9,334 nt of DNA from Promethearchaeia archaeon (GCA_046497275.1 JAWOFX010000126.1:1-9334); one strand, 5' to 3'; numbered from the stretch's first letter, positions 1-6,801 are shown. A program made the numbers and translations. The notes: a model not told the origin generated them from the sequence alone.

Positions 1-2
1 TT

Positions 3-650
3 CTTTACGCTCCTATAGGAGAAGGTTTAGTTCAAACGTATACTCAAATTCTAAGAATTGAAGACAACTTTTATGGAAAAAAACAGCTCCAAGTAAGATT
101 TACTCCATTAATGACCCAAGTAGAAATAGACGAGTTGGAGCTCATAACAGATATAGATCAATATGAAGAAGTGGATGTAGAGATTAATCCTTCAAAAGTT
201 GAAAAAGCTCTTGAAAAGATTAATATAAAATATGAAACAAGTGTGTTCGATGAAATCAGCTTTGGGGAAAAAGGGGAAGAAAAACCAGTAGCAATTAAAG
301 AAAGAGATGAAGCTATTGAATTTTTCAAGCAATTAAAAAAATGTGCCATAAAATTCAAAAGAGAAGATGATGTGAATAGTTGTTTTGAAAATGTGGAGGA
401 GATGGATGCTGTCATTGAGAGTCTTAAAAATTTTAAAAAGGAATTAGGTTTAAAAGTAAAAAAAACTCAGAACTTAATCAATCAAATTAGAAGTTATAAT
501 ATAGTTAGAAAAAAACTTGAATCTATTTCAATTTCGGATTCTGAGATTATTGATAAACAAGCTGAAATCATCAATAAGCAGATGGAACAAGTGAATCAAT
601 TGGAAGAAATTATTGAATCCGAGATTAAAAGATTAAAAAAATTAGAATAA
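3..650 (+). CDS. pcm: 5'-truncated protein-L-isoaspartate O-methyltransferase-like protein with long C-terminal acidic/coiled-coil extension
   Basis: The frame of track ORF 111..650 stays open to the window edge. Codons 3-110 read LYAPIGEGLVQTYTQILRIEDNFYGKKQLQVRFTPL, matching the PIMT C-terminal pattern (GxLVxPVG..Q.L..i.R........VRFVPL). The ATG at 111 is therefore probably internal. The SAM-binding motifs would lie outside the window, so the assignment rests on this one segment. Confidence 0.6.
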   Translation, partial: LYAPIGEGLVQTYTQILRIEDNFYGKKQLQVRFTPLMTQVEIDELELITDIDQYEEVDVEINPSKVEKALEKINIKYETSVFDEISFGEKGEEKPVAIKERDEAIEFFKQLKKCAIKFKREDDVNSCFENVEEMDAVIESLKNFKKELGLKVKKTQNLINQIRSYNIVRKKLESISISDSEIIDKQAEIINKQMEQVNQLEEIIESEIKRLKKLE

Positions 651-713
651 ATTTTTCCACTTTATTTAATTAGATTTAAATTATTGAGTAAGTATCAACA
701 TTTCTCAGTTTTA

Positions 714-3656
714 TCAATCCTCATAAATATCTCTATCAGATGGGAGCATCTTTTGTTTAACTTCTTCTACTTTTCTGAAATATAATTGAGCTTGTTTCTT
801 ATTTCCTAAATTTTCATAGCACTGCGCCATTTTTTTATATGTTTCAGCAATGAAGAAACCTTTTGGTTCTATTTCTATTGCTTTTTTGAACTTTTCTATA
901 GCTTCTTCATAGTCTCCTAGCTCCATCAAAATTTCACCGTATGAATCATAAGAGTTTCCATCTTCAGGAAATAAATCTATCAATTTCTCAATTGTTTCTA
1001 ATGATTCTTCTCGCTTATTTATTTTTGCGAGGATGAGAGCTTTATTATTTAAAGTTAATTTATCTTCTGGAGCTAATTCAATAACATTATTAATTGCTTC
1101 TAAACCTTTTTCAAAATCTTTTATTTTAAAATATACAAATGATTTCCATCTATACAATTGTATTCGTTTTGAGGGAAATTTAACTAATAATTCATCCAGT
1201 AATTTCAATGCTTTTTCTTCTTTATCAGAGACCATCATTATATATGCTTTCTTCAATGGAAAAGAATTTCTTTCGGGAAATAAAGTAATAGCTTCATCAA
1301 TCTTACTTATGGCATTATCAAATTCATCAATCTGAGTTAAGATTATTGCTTCGAATTGCAAATATAAAGCTTGATTTGATTTGACTGGATCAAGAGAGAT
1401 TGCTTTATTGATAAGTCCTTGAAACATTTCTGAATTCGTATCTTTTGTTTGATTATTATATATCAAACTATATCCAATTACTACCGCTTTAATTAAAAGT
1501 GATTTTGGATTATTTGGATATAATATTAGAACAAGATTTGCTATTTCTAATGCTTTTTCAAAATTTCCTTCTGCTAGATAAGTATACACTAAAATAAAAT
1601 AAGCAGAAGTATGAATCATTGGTCTTTTATGTAATGGATTAAAATCAATATGTTCATCAATGATTGTACGAGCCTCTTCATATTTTGAATTACAACATAA
1701 TAAAATCGCTTTTAATATTTTGAATATATCATTACCAGGATCTTTTTGAATTAAGTTATTGACGGAAGGAAAGACTTCTTTCCAATTATTCATATAATAG
1801 TTTTTATCCACAAAATTATATACAATCATTAATCTCAAAAATGTTGAATCAACTTCATTTTGAGATAAAAATTTCTTAATTATTTCTAATGCTTTTTCAT
1901 TCTCACCTTTTTTCATTAAAATTTGAATTTTATGGGACTCTAAAGAAATATTCGTTCTTTCTTTCAGAGGTTTATCAAGCTGTTTAAGGGCTATCTCATA
2001 CTCACCCATTAAAAAGGAAGTTATTGATTGAAATAAATATCCAATATAAAGAAAATCATATTTTTCAATTATTTCATTAGTTAAATTTAATGATCTTTCA
2101 AATTCACCTTTATAAGTGGCAATAATATCTTTTATTAACAGCATTTCTAAATGATTCAATTTTTTAGAATTCTCATCTAAGTTAGTCTTTGCTTCTTTTA
2201 AATCCCCATCATTAATCAATTCAATTATTTGAGTGAAAATTTTTGCATTATCAAGTTCAATTTCTTGTAAGAATTCTGGATGTTGAATATAATCTAATTT
2301 TGATAAATAGATCACGTCAAGAGTCTCAAACAAATCATGAGAAATATCATATGGATGATTTTCTGTTCCATTCTGACTTCCGTTCATTCCTTTTTCAAAT
2401 CCTTGAAACTGTTCTGATATATTTTGCCATATCAAACTTTCGAGCTTTGATTCTTCCGTTGTTAATTTCTTCTCAGTTTCAATTTTGTATGCTAAATATT
2501 TAAAATATTTTGGCAAGAACTTTTTTAATGGTTCTTTAAGGTCTATATGGATTAAAGTTCCGCAGCTTTCTGCTAATATTTCATCAATGATGTTTTTTAA
2601 TGTTATATTTGGAGTATGATTTTCTAAGTCCTCATATAATTTATTAAGATAAGTAAAGCGTGTGATATAATCATCGACAATCACTCGAAGAGATCTTTCT
2701 ATTTTATCATTTACTCTAAAGTAATATATTTTGTCCTTAGATTCAACGAGCTTGAAAAATTTAATATTGAAATAATCTTCTTCGACTATTTTTTCTATAA
2801 AAAATTCTAAGGTAGTTTTTTTAATGTTAAATTCATGAGCAAAATGTTCAATTGAGATATATTCAGGATAATAATTTGGATGATTTATTGAAAGAAAGAG
2901 AACTATTTTATAAAAATCGTCTATATCCTCTAATAGATTCTCTACTTTCGAATAATTTAGTTTCAAAATGTTGTTTAAAAAACGATATTTGATTTTATCA
3001 TCTGCTATTCTATATTCTTCAAAAAAGTCATTGGTTTTCTTAGTCATCTCTGCAATCCTTTTACTTTCCTCTTCTAAAATCGCTTGTCGATCTAAATCAT
3101 AACTCTTTAACATGCGAGAATATTCTATTTTTCCCGATTCTGTAATCTTATATTCTCCTTCTTCCTTTCTTATATATCCATTCTCTATTAGAGAATTCAA
3201 ACTCTTTGATAAGGATGAGTTGTTAATTAGTACAGTATTATCTTTTTCATTAAAATCTGACCATCGACATGAAGTATTATTATATACCATCCATAAGATC
3301 CAATGATCATAAATCCTTCTGCGACGGATTATTTCAGGTGGGTAATTGAATGGCTTTTTTTCCTCTTCTTGCCCTGATGAAAGTGTATTAAATCTATTTT
3401 TCCCTTTTTCTGTAATTTCATAATGATTCCTGCCTTTTTTGATAATATAATCATCATCATCTAATCTATTTAAATAATTAGATAAAGTTGATTCGCTAAT
3501 CAATTGTTCTCCGCCATCAATTTTCTGGGTAAAATCAGACCATGTGCACTTCTCATTATTAAATAACATCCATAGAATAATATGTTCAAAATTTCTCTCT
3601 TCTATTATCTGTTGAGGAGGGATATTTGACTTTGTTTTCTCTTTAGACTTACTCAT
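714..3656 (-). CDS. Tandem winged-helix (wHTH) + TPR-repeat protein, putative transcriptional regulator (980 aa)
   Basis: Two homologous N-terminal units (aa ~13-92 and ~106-183) have HTH-plus-wing signatures: SESTLSNYLNRL..DYI.K....YEITEKG and NSSLSKSLNSL.ENGYI.K...YKITESG. The C-terminal half has clear TPR-like repeats, e.g. GNSYDSYGEILMELGDYEEAIEKFKKAIEIEP and KSFVYFKIKDFEKGLEAINNVIELAP. An SD-like AAGGTA lies just upstream of the ATG. Confidence 0.85.
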   Translation of the reverse strand: MSKSKEKTKSNIPPQQIIEERNFEHIILWMLFNNEKCTWSDFTQKIDGGEQLISESTLSNYLNRLDDDDYIIKKGRNHYEITEKGKNRFNTLSSGQEEEKKPFNYPPEIIRRRRIYDHWILWMVYNNTSCRWSDFNEKDNTVLINNSSLSKSLNSLIENGYIRKEEGEYKITESGKIEYSRMLKSYDLDRQAILEEESKRIAEMTKKTNDFFEEYRIADDKIKYRFLNNILKLNYSKVENLLEDIDDFYKIVLFLSINHPNYYPEYISIEHFAHEFNIKKTTLEFFIEKIVEEDYFNIKFFKLVESKDKIYYFRVNDKIERSLRVIVDDYITRFTYLNKLYEDLENHTPNITLKNIIDEILAESCGTLIHIDLKEPLKKFLPKYFKYLAYKIETEKKLTTEESKLESLIWQNISEQFQGFEKGMNGSQNGTENHPYDISHDLFETLDVIYLSKLDYIQHPEFLQEIELDNAKIFTQIIELINDGDLKEAKTNLDENSKKLNHLEMLLIKDIIATYKGEFERSLNLTNEIIEKYDFLYIGYLFQSITSFLMGEYEIALKQLDKPLKERTNISLESHKIQILMKKGENEKALEIIKKFLSQNEVDSTFLRLMIVYNFVDKNYYMNNWKEVFPSVNNLIQKDPGNDIFKILKAILLCCNSKYEEARTIIDEHIDFNPLHKRPMIHTSAYFILVYTYLAEGNFEKALEIANLVLILYPNNPKSLLIKAVVIGYSLIYNNQTKDTNSEMFQGLINKAISLDPVKSNQALYLQFEAIILTQIDEFDNAISKIDEAITLFPERNSFPLKKAYIMMVSDKEEKALKLLDELLVKFPSKRIQLYRWKSFVYFKIKDFEKGLEAINNVIELAPEDKLTLNNKALILAKINKREESLETIEKLIDLFPEDGNSYDSYGEILMELGDYEEAIEKFKKAIEIEPKGFFIAETYKKMAQCYENLGNKKQAQLYFRKVEEVKQKMLPSDRDIYED

Positions 3657-3696
3657 TAGAAAATTACCTTATACTAATTAATATTATATATAGATT

Positions 3697-3757
3697 AACT
3701 TTGCTTCAATTTAAACTTTTGCTTCAATACTTTGTTATGGAGTTCGGATGGAGTTCC
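3697..3757. repeat. Two adjacent pairs of short direct repeats in a divergent intergenic region
   Basis: TTTGCTTCAAT occurs at 3700-3710 and 3718-3728 (18-nt period). ATGGAGTTC occurs at 3737-3745 and 3748-3756 (11-nt period). Both are exact copies read from the sequence. Confidence 0.8.
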
Positions 3758-3798
3758 TACTTCGTTTAAAGTTTATGAAGTCAAACTAAATATATAGT

Positions 3799-3811
3799 AA
3801 AAACATATAAA
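3799..3811 (+). promoter_or_regulatory. Putative archaeal BRE/TATA box for the small ORF
   Basis: A-rich run followed by TATAAA (3806-3811), about 22-31 nt upstream of the GTG 3833 and ATG 3842 starts. Specificity is weak in AT-rich DNA. Confidence 0.3.
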
Positions 3812-3832
3812 TTAGTAACACACAAAAAATGA

Positions 3833-4102
3833 GTGAAAAAAATGTCAAATACACTTTTAATAAAAGTTCCTGAGGAAGTTAATAGGAATGATATTGAGAA
3901 CGAACTAAAAAGTAAATTTCATATCCCTGAGGAATTAATTGTAGTAATTGAAATAGAATCAAAGAAAGATGTAAAGAAAGTTAACAAAAGCTTACGAAAG
4001 CTTATTAAAAAATCGAAATTTAACGCAAAATACCTTGAAGAAACAATCTCAGTTGAAAAAGTAAGAAATACTCCTTATTTTCAGAATTTTGGAATTTACT
4101 AA
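3833..4102 (+). CDS. Small hypothetical protein (86-89 aa; ATG 3842 may be the real start)
   Basis: Open frame in an otherwise empty space, with protein-like composition (short hydrophobic strands alternating with K/E-rich helices). It has a TATA-like element upstream and a T9 run just downstream. No family recognised. Confidence 0.65.
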   Translation: MKKMSNTLLIKVPEEVNRNDIENELKSKFHIPEELIVVIEIESKKDVKKVNKSLRKLIKKSKFNAKYLEETISVEKVRNTPYFQNFGIY

Positions 4103-4107
4103 ACTAA

Positions 4108-4116
4108 TTTTTTTTT
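4108..4116 (+). terminator. Oligo-T tract, candidate archaeal intrinsic terminator
   Basis: T9 run starting 6 nt after the stop codon at 4100-4102. Confidence 0.35.
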
Positions 4117-4223
4117 AATACTCTTATTCTTGTTATTGTTTTTACCTTCTTTTCGCTTGCTTATTAGGATTAGAATAGATCTCTTTTTGATGATCAATTA
4201 TTATAAAAAAATAAAATTTTATA

Positions 4224-4263
4224 AATTGAGTAAATTTTAAGTTTTATCCCTTTTATTTTTTTT
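4224..4263 (+). repeat. Left arm of 40-bp inverted repeat
   Basis: AATTGAGTAAATTTTAAGTTTTATCCCTTTTATTTTTTTT equals the reverse complement of 6035-6074 except at 2 adjacent positions (CC versus AT). The first 24 nt are identical. Confidence 0.85.
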
Positions 4264-4293
4264 GTAAATTCTTATCTAATATCAACGAGAGAA

Positions 4294-5772
4294 TTATAAT
4301 TTATGCAATGCTTTAATTCGTCGGCGTAATTCTTCCTCAGAATTAAAGAATACAAATCCCGAATCTCGAGCAAGCGTGGGAAGCATTAGCCGAAAATTAA
4401 AATATCGCGAGGATTCAAAGGCAGAAGGTTTCATGATAAGGTCGGGGCGTCCTAATTTATACCCGGTCAAGGCTTTCAACAATTCTAAGGAATAGATCAA
4501 GGAACGAAGTCGTATTGCTGCGTCGATCCCTCTGGTATTCATCCGAGAAGCGTTATAAAAGGTATTATTATAGGAATTTCCTTGCTCGATCATCGGACGA
4601 AGGCTATATAATTTCAGAAAAAGCTTGTCCGACCATTCCTTTGGGATAAACTCTGTATTAAAAAAGAATCCTTTCTTTAATTCTCGAATTGGATGTGTTT
4701 TAAGGTTTTTCCGTGCGCGAATCATGGGAACTACACTTTTTAATCGAGTATTCTCTAAATTCTGTAGAGAATATGGACCAGAGTCCGCAATAAGGATTTG
4801 CCATTCATAGTCTGTGATTTCGAAAAATGTGGTCATAGTCTCTTTAAACGCACGAATATCGTTCCTGTTTCCAGCAAACATCTTAAAATATATAGGAAAC
4901 CATCGATCGAAGCAATGAGCATATAATATACCCGGATCATAGCCAACACCTTTCTTCACTCCATTATGTCGACAATACCCCGCATCTGGATCATTATATG
5001 AGTGGCTATCCTTAGCTTTGTTATTATTACAATTGGAATGGATAAATTGTCCATCCCATATAAGAATTCTAGGAATAATTAATCCGCAATCCACACATTC
5101 TTTCACTAATAATTGGAAAAACTCAAACATGGCTTTGGCAGGGATACGGGTAAGAACATAACTAATATCAGGGGCGTTGGGAAAAAAGTTAGGGTCATGA
5201 GTTATGCTAAATAATGGAGGATATTGTGTGAACTTTGCCATACGCTCAATCCCAGTATAATTTTTGAAGCCTAAATTAATTCGCAAGAGTTCATAGACAA
5301 GCACATCTTCGATAAACATATTCTTAAATGAGACCCCGTTCGTTTCCAAACCATTTTGTAATTCTTGGAAATAGCTGAAATCGTTAAATTCAAATATATT
5401 TTCGAAGAATCCATTAAAACCTTTAAGATATCGATGCATGTCCCATTCCATCTTAGAGATCGTTCCCTCTCCAAATTCTTCAAAACGAGGGATTTTAACA
5501 CGGGGGAATCGGTAGACATAATGGGACTGTTTTTTAGGCGTCCATTGGATAAAATCATGTATTTTCTTTTGTGATTTGGGTAAGGAGCTTTTCGAAGATT
5601 TTGCTCTTCTGCCCCATTTTGGATATATTGGAATCCACTTAAATCGCTTTCGGGCGATTCTGTAATCTTTTGGAATGCTCATATCATATTTTTCTATGGA
5701 TCTTATCCCTATAAAGTCTGTAAGTTGTGTTTGATAAATACTGGGCTTTCTTTTATATAGAATTAGAATCAT
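4294..5772 (-). CDS. DDE transposase (DDE_Tnp_1-like, IS4 clan), 492 aa; alternative start ATG 5682
   Basis: Candidate catalytic triad D240 (ILIWDGQFI), D330 (ILIADSGPY) and E396 within Y-x2-R-x3-E (YSLRPMIEQGNS). It also has a DPDAGY...GVGY segment resembling IS5/IS1182-type enzymes and the GNRND motif before the second Asp. No internal stop or frameshift. Confidence 0.88.
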   Translation of the reverse strand: MILILYKRKPSIYQTQLTDFIGIRSIEKYDMSIPKDYRIARKRFKWIPIYPKWGRRAKSSKSSLPKSQKKIHDFIQWTPKKQSHYVYRFPRVKIPRFEEFGEGTISKMEWDMHRYLKGFNGFFENIFEFNDFSYFQELQNGLETNGVSFKNMFIEDVLVYELLRINLGFKNYTGIERMAKFTQYPPLFSITHDPNFFPNAPDISYVLTRIPAKAMFEFFQLLVKECVDCGLIIPRILIWDGQFIHSNCNNNKAKDSHSYNDPDAGYCRHNGVKKGVGYDPGILYAHCFDRWFPIYFKMFAGNRNDIRAFKETMTTFFEITDYEWQILIADSGPYSLQNLENTRLKSVVPMIRARKNLKTHPIRELKKGFFFNTEFIPKEWSDKLFLKLYSLRPMIEQGNSYNNTFYNASRMNTRGIDAAIRLRSLIYSLELLKALTGYKLGRPDLIMKPSAFESSRYFNFRLMLPTLARDSGFVFFNSEEELRRRIKALHKL

Positions 5773-6034
5773 ATGGCATCATTTTTAAGATCTATAATAA
5801 ATTATTAGTTAATCGCCTATTTAATCTTTCTGGTTTATATATACTTCAATAGGGAAAAATATATGATACGAAATTTTCTACTTCTGATCCTACATTATTC
5901 AAATCTAAGAGATTATGATTTTGAATTATTTCCGCCCCGATCATAAAATTTCACATCTTATGTGTGATGAGACTCGACATAAATCTAATAAGCATAGAAA
6001 CAATTTAAAGAAATGAATTAACTTAAAAATAAGG

Positions 6035-6074
6035 AAAAAAAATAAAAGATATAAAACTTAAAATTTACTCAATT
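6035..6074 (-). repeat. Right arm of 40-bp inverted repeat
   Basis: AAAAAAAATAAAAGATATAAAACTTAAAATTTACTCAATT is the reverse complement of 4224-4263 with 2 mismatches. Confidence 0.85.
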
Positions 6075-6171
6075 ATTATTACTTATTTTTTTTATCAGCC
6101 GATATACTGGATCTACTCAATTATCTTATAATTCTGTCACAATGAAAAAAATTTAGAATTGATTTTATTCT

Positions 6172-6194
6172 TTTAAATCTTAAATAGATTTAAA
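6172..6194. terminator. 9-bp stem-loop overlapping the stop codon of the zinc-ribbon membrane gene
   Basis: TTTAAATCT-taaat-AGATTTAAA is a perfect 9-bp inverted repeat. The stem is almost all A-T, so it is weak. Confidence 0.2.
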
Positions 6195-6801
6195 GAAAAG
6201 CACCAGAACGATAATACATATATACCATCAATAAGAGTCCAGAAGCATTTAGAATAATTCCAATTATCCCTAACGCCCCACCTGCTATTTCATATGAGTT
6301 ATATGGTTCTCTATTAAAAATGTTTCTTTGCGTGACTTTTGAGGCGATACCTAAACCTAAACCTATTATGTTCACGATTTCGACTATAACAATTATTGGA
6401 ATATTCTGATCACTAATAATTCTAGGACCTCCAATAAAAAATCTATAAATTAAAAATCCATAAGTAATAAAACTGATAGGAGCCAATAATACAGAGGTTA
6501 AAGAAAAAGCAAAACAACGTTTTGAAATTGTCAGATTCTCATCCTTCTTAATCTTTTGAACTTGAGATTTGTCAGGATAAGAATCTGTCATAGTTGATTT
6601 TGATGTATTGTATTTTACTGTATCTGAAGATTTCTGCAGATAATATCCACATGTAGGGCAGTACTTTTGATTTAAATCTTCTAAAATAGTTTGACATTTT
6701 GGGCAAGCAGCTTTTTCTAACTTAATTCCACACGAGGGACAAAAATTGTGAGTTAAATCCTGTATTATTCTATTACAATTGGGACATTTCATTTTTATCA
6801 T
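6190..6801 (-). CDS. Double zinc-ribbon (4x CxxC) membrane protein with ~3 TM helices (start may be ATG 6792)
   Basis: CPNC-x11-CPSC and CPKC-x11-CPTC form a 27-aa tandem repeat. A polar linker follows, then three hydrophobic segments (CFAFSLTSVLLAPISFITYGFLIY; IPIIVIVEIVNIIGLGLGIA; AGGALGIIGIILNASGLLLMVYMYY). Confidence 0.85.
   Translation of the reverse strand: MIKMKCPNCNRIIQDLTHNFCPSCGIKLEKAACPKCQTILEDLNQKYCPTCGYYLQKSSDTVKYNTSKSTMTDSYPDKSQVQKIKKDENLTISKRCFAFSLTSVLLAPISFITYGFLIYRFFIGGPRIISDQNIPIIVIVEIVNIIGLGLGIASKVTQRNIFNREPYNSYEIAGGALGIIGIILNASGLLLMVYMYYRSGAFL

Larger units (their letters stand above)
4224..6074 (-). mobile_element. Insertion sequence (IS4-clan DDE, IS5/IS1182/ISNCY-like); maximal extent 4224-6074, alternative extent 4282-5982
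   Basis: A single intact transposase ORF lies between 40-bp inverted repeats (38/40 identical). An 8-bp direct repeat ATCTAATA at 4274-4281 and 5983-5990 defines an alternative, smaller element. The transposase is more GC-rich than the host genes (spot counts of 60-nt lines: 32-45% versus 20-27%). Confidence 0.75.

Noticed and set aside
158-415. 85-aa minus-strand ORF
   Set aside because: Antisense shadow of the PIMT-like gene; S/F/L-rich composition typical of reverse-strand reading.
1033-3306. Plus-strand ORFs 1033..1335, 2243..2503 and 3112..3306
   Set aside because: Wholly antisense to the well-supported 980-aa gene, with no recognisable motifs.
3739-3757. GGAGTTCGGAT resembles a tRNA T-loop or B-box
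   Set aside because: No acceptor, D or anticodon stems can be built around it; better explained as part of the ATGGAGTTC direct repeat.
3697-3760. Repeats considered as a mini CRISPR array
   Set aside because: Units are only 9-11 nt with 2-7-nt gaps, far below CRISPR repeat and spacer sizes; no cas genes in the window.
4158-4167. 10-bp inverted match TGCTTATTAG with 5985-5994 as IS ends
   Set aside because: No flanking target duplication, short and AT-rich; the 40-bp inverted repeat is much stronger.
4625-5574. ORFs 4625..4810 (+), 5365..5574 (+) and 5271..5558 (-, alternative frame)
   Set aside because: Overlap the intact transposase; no motifs, and no frameshift is needed to explain the main ORF.
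5642-5659. Hairpin AATCGC-TTTCGG-GCGATT near the transposase 5' end
   Set aside because: 6-bp stem inside coding sequence; the UUCG-like loop is on the antisense strand without the canonical C-G closing pair. Compatible with chance.
5951-5967. TCACA-N7-TGTGA resembling a CRP site
   Set aside because: Half-sites are in the wrong order and spacing for CRP (TGTGA-N6-TCACA), and the host looks archaeal.
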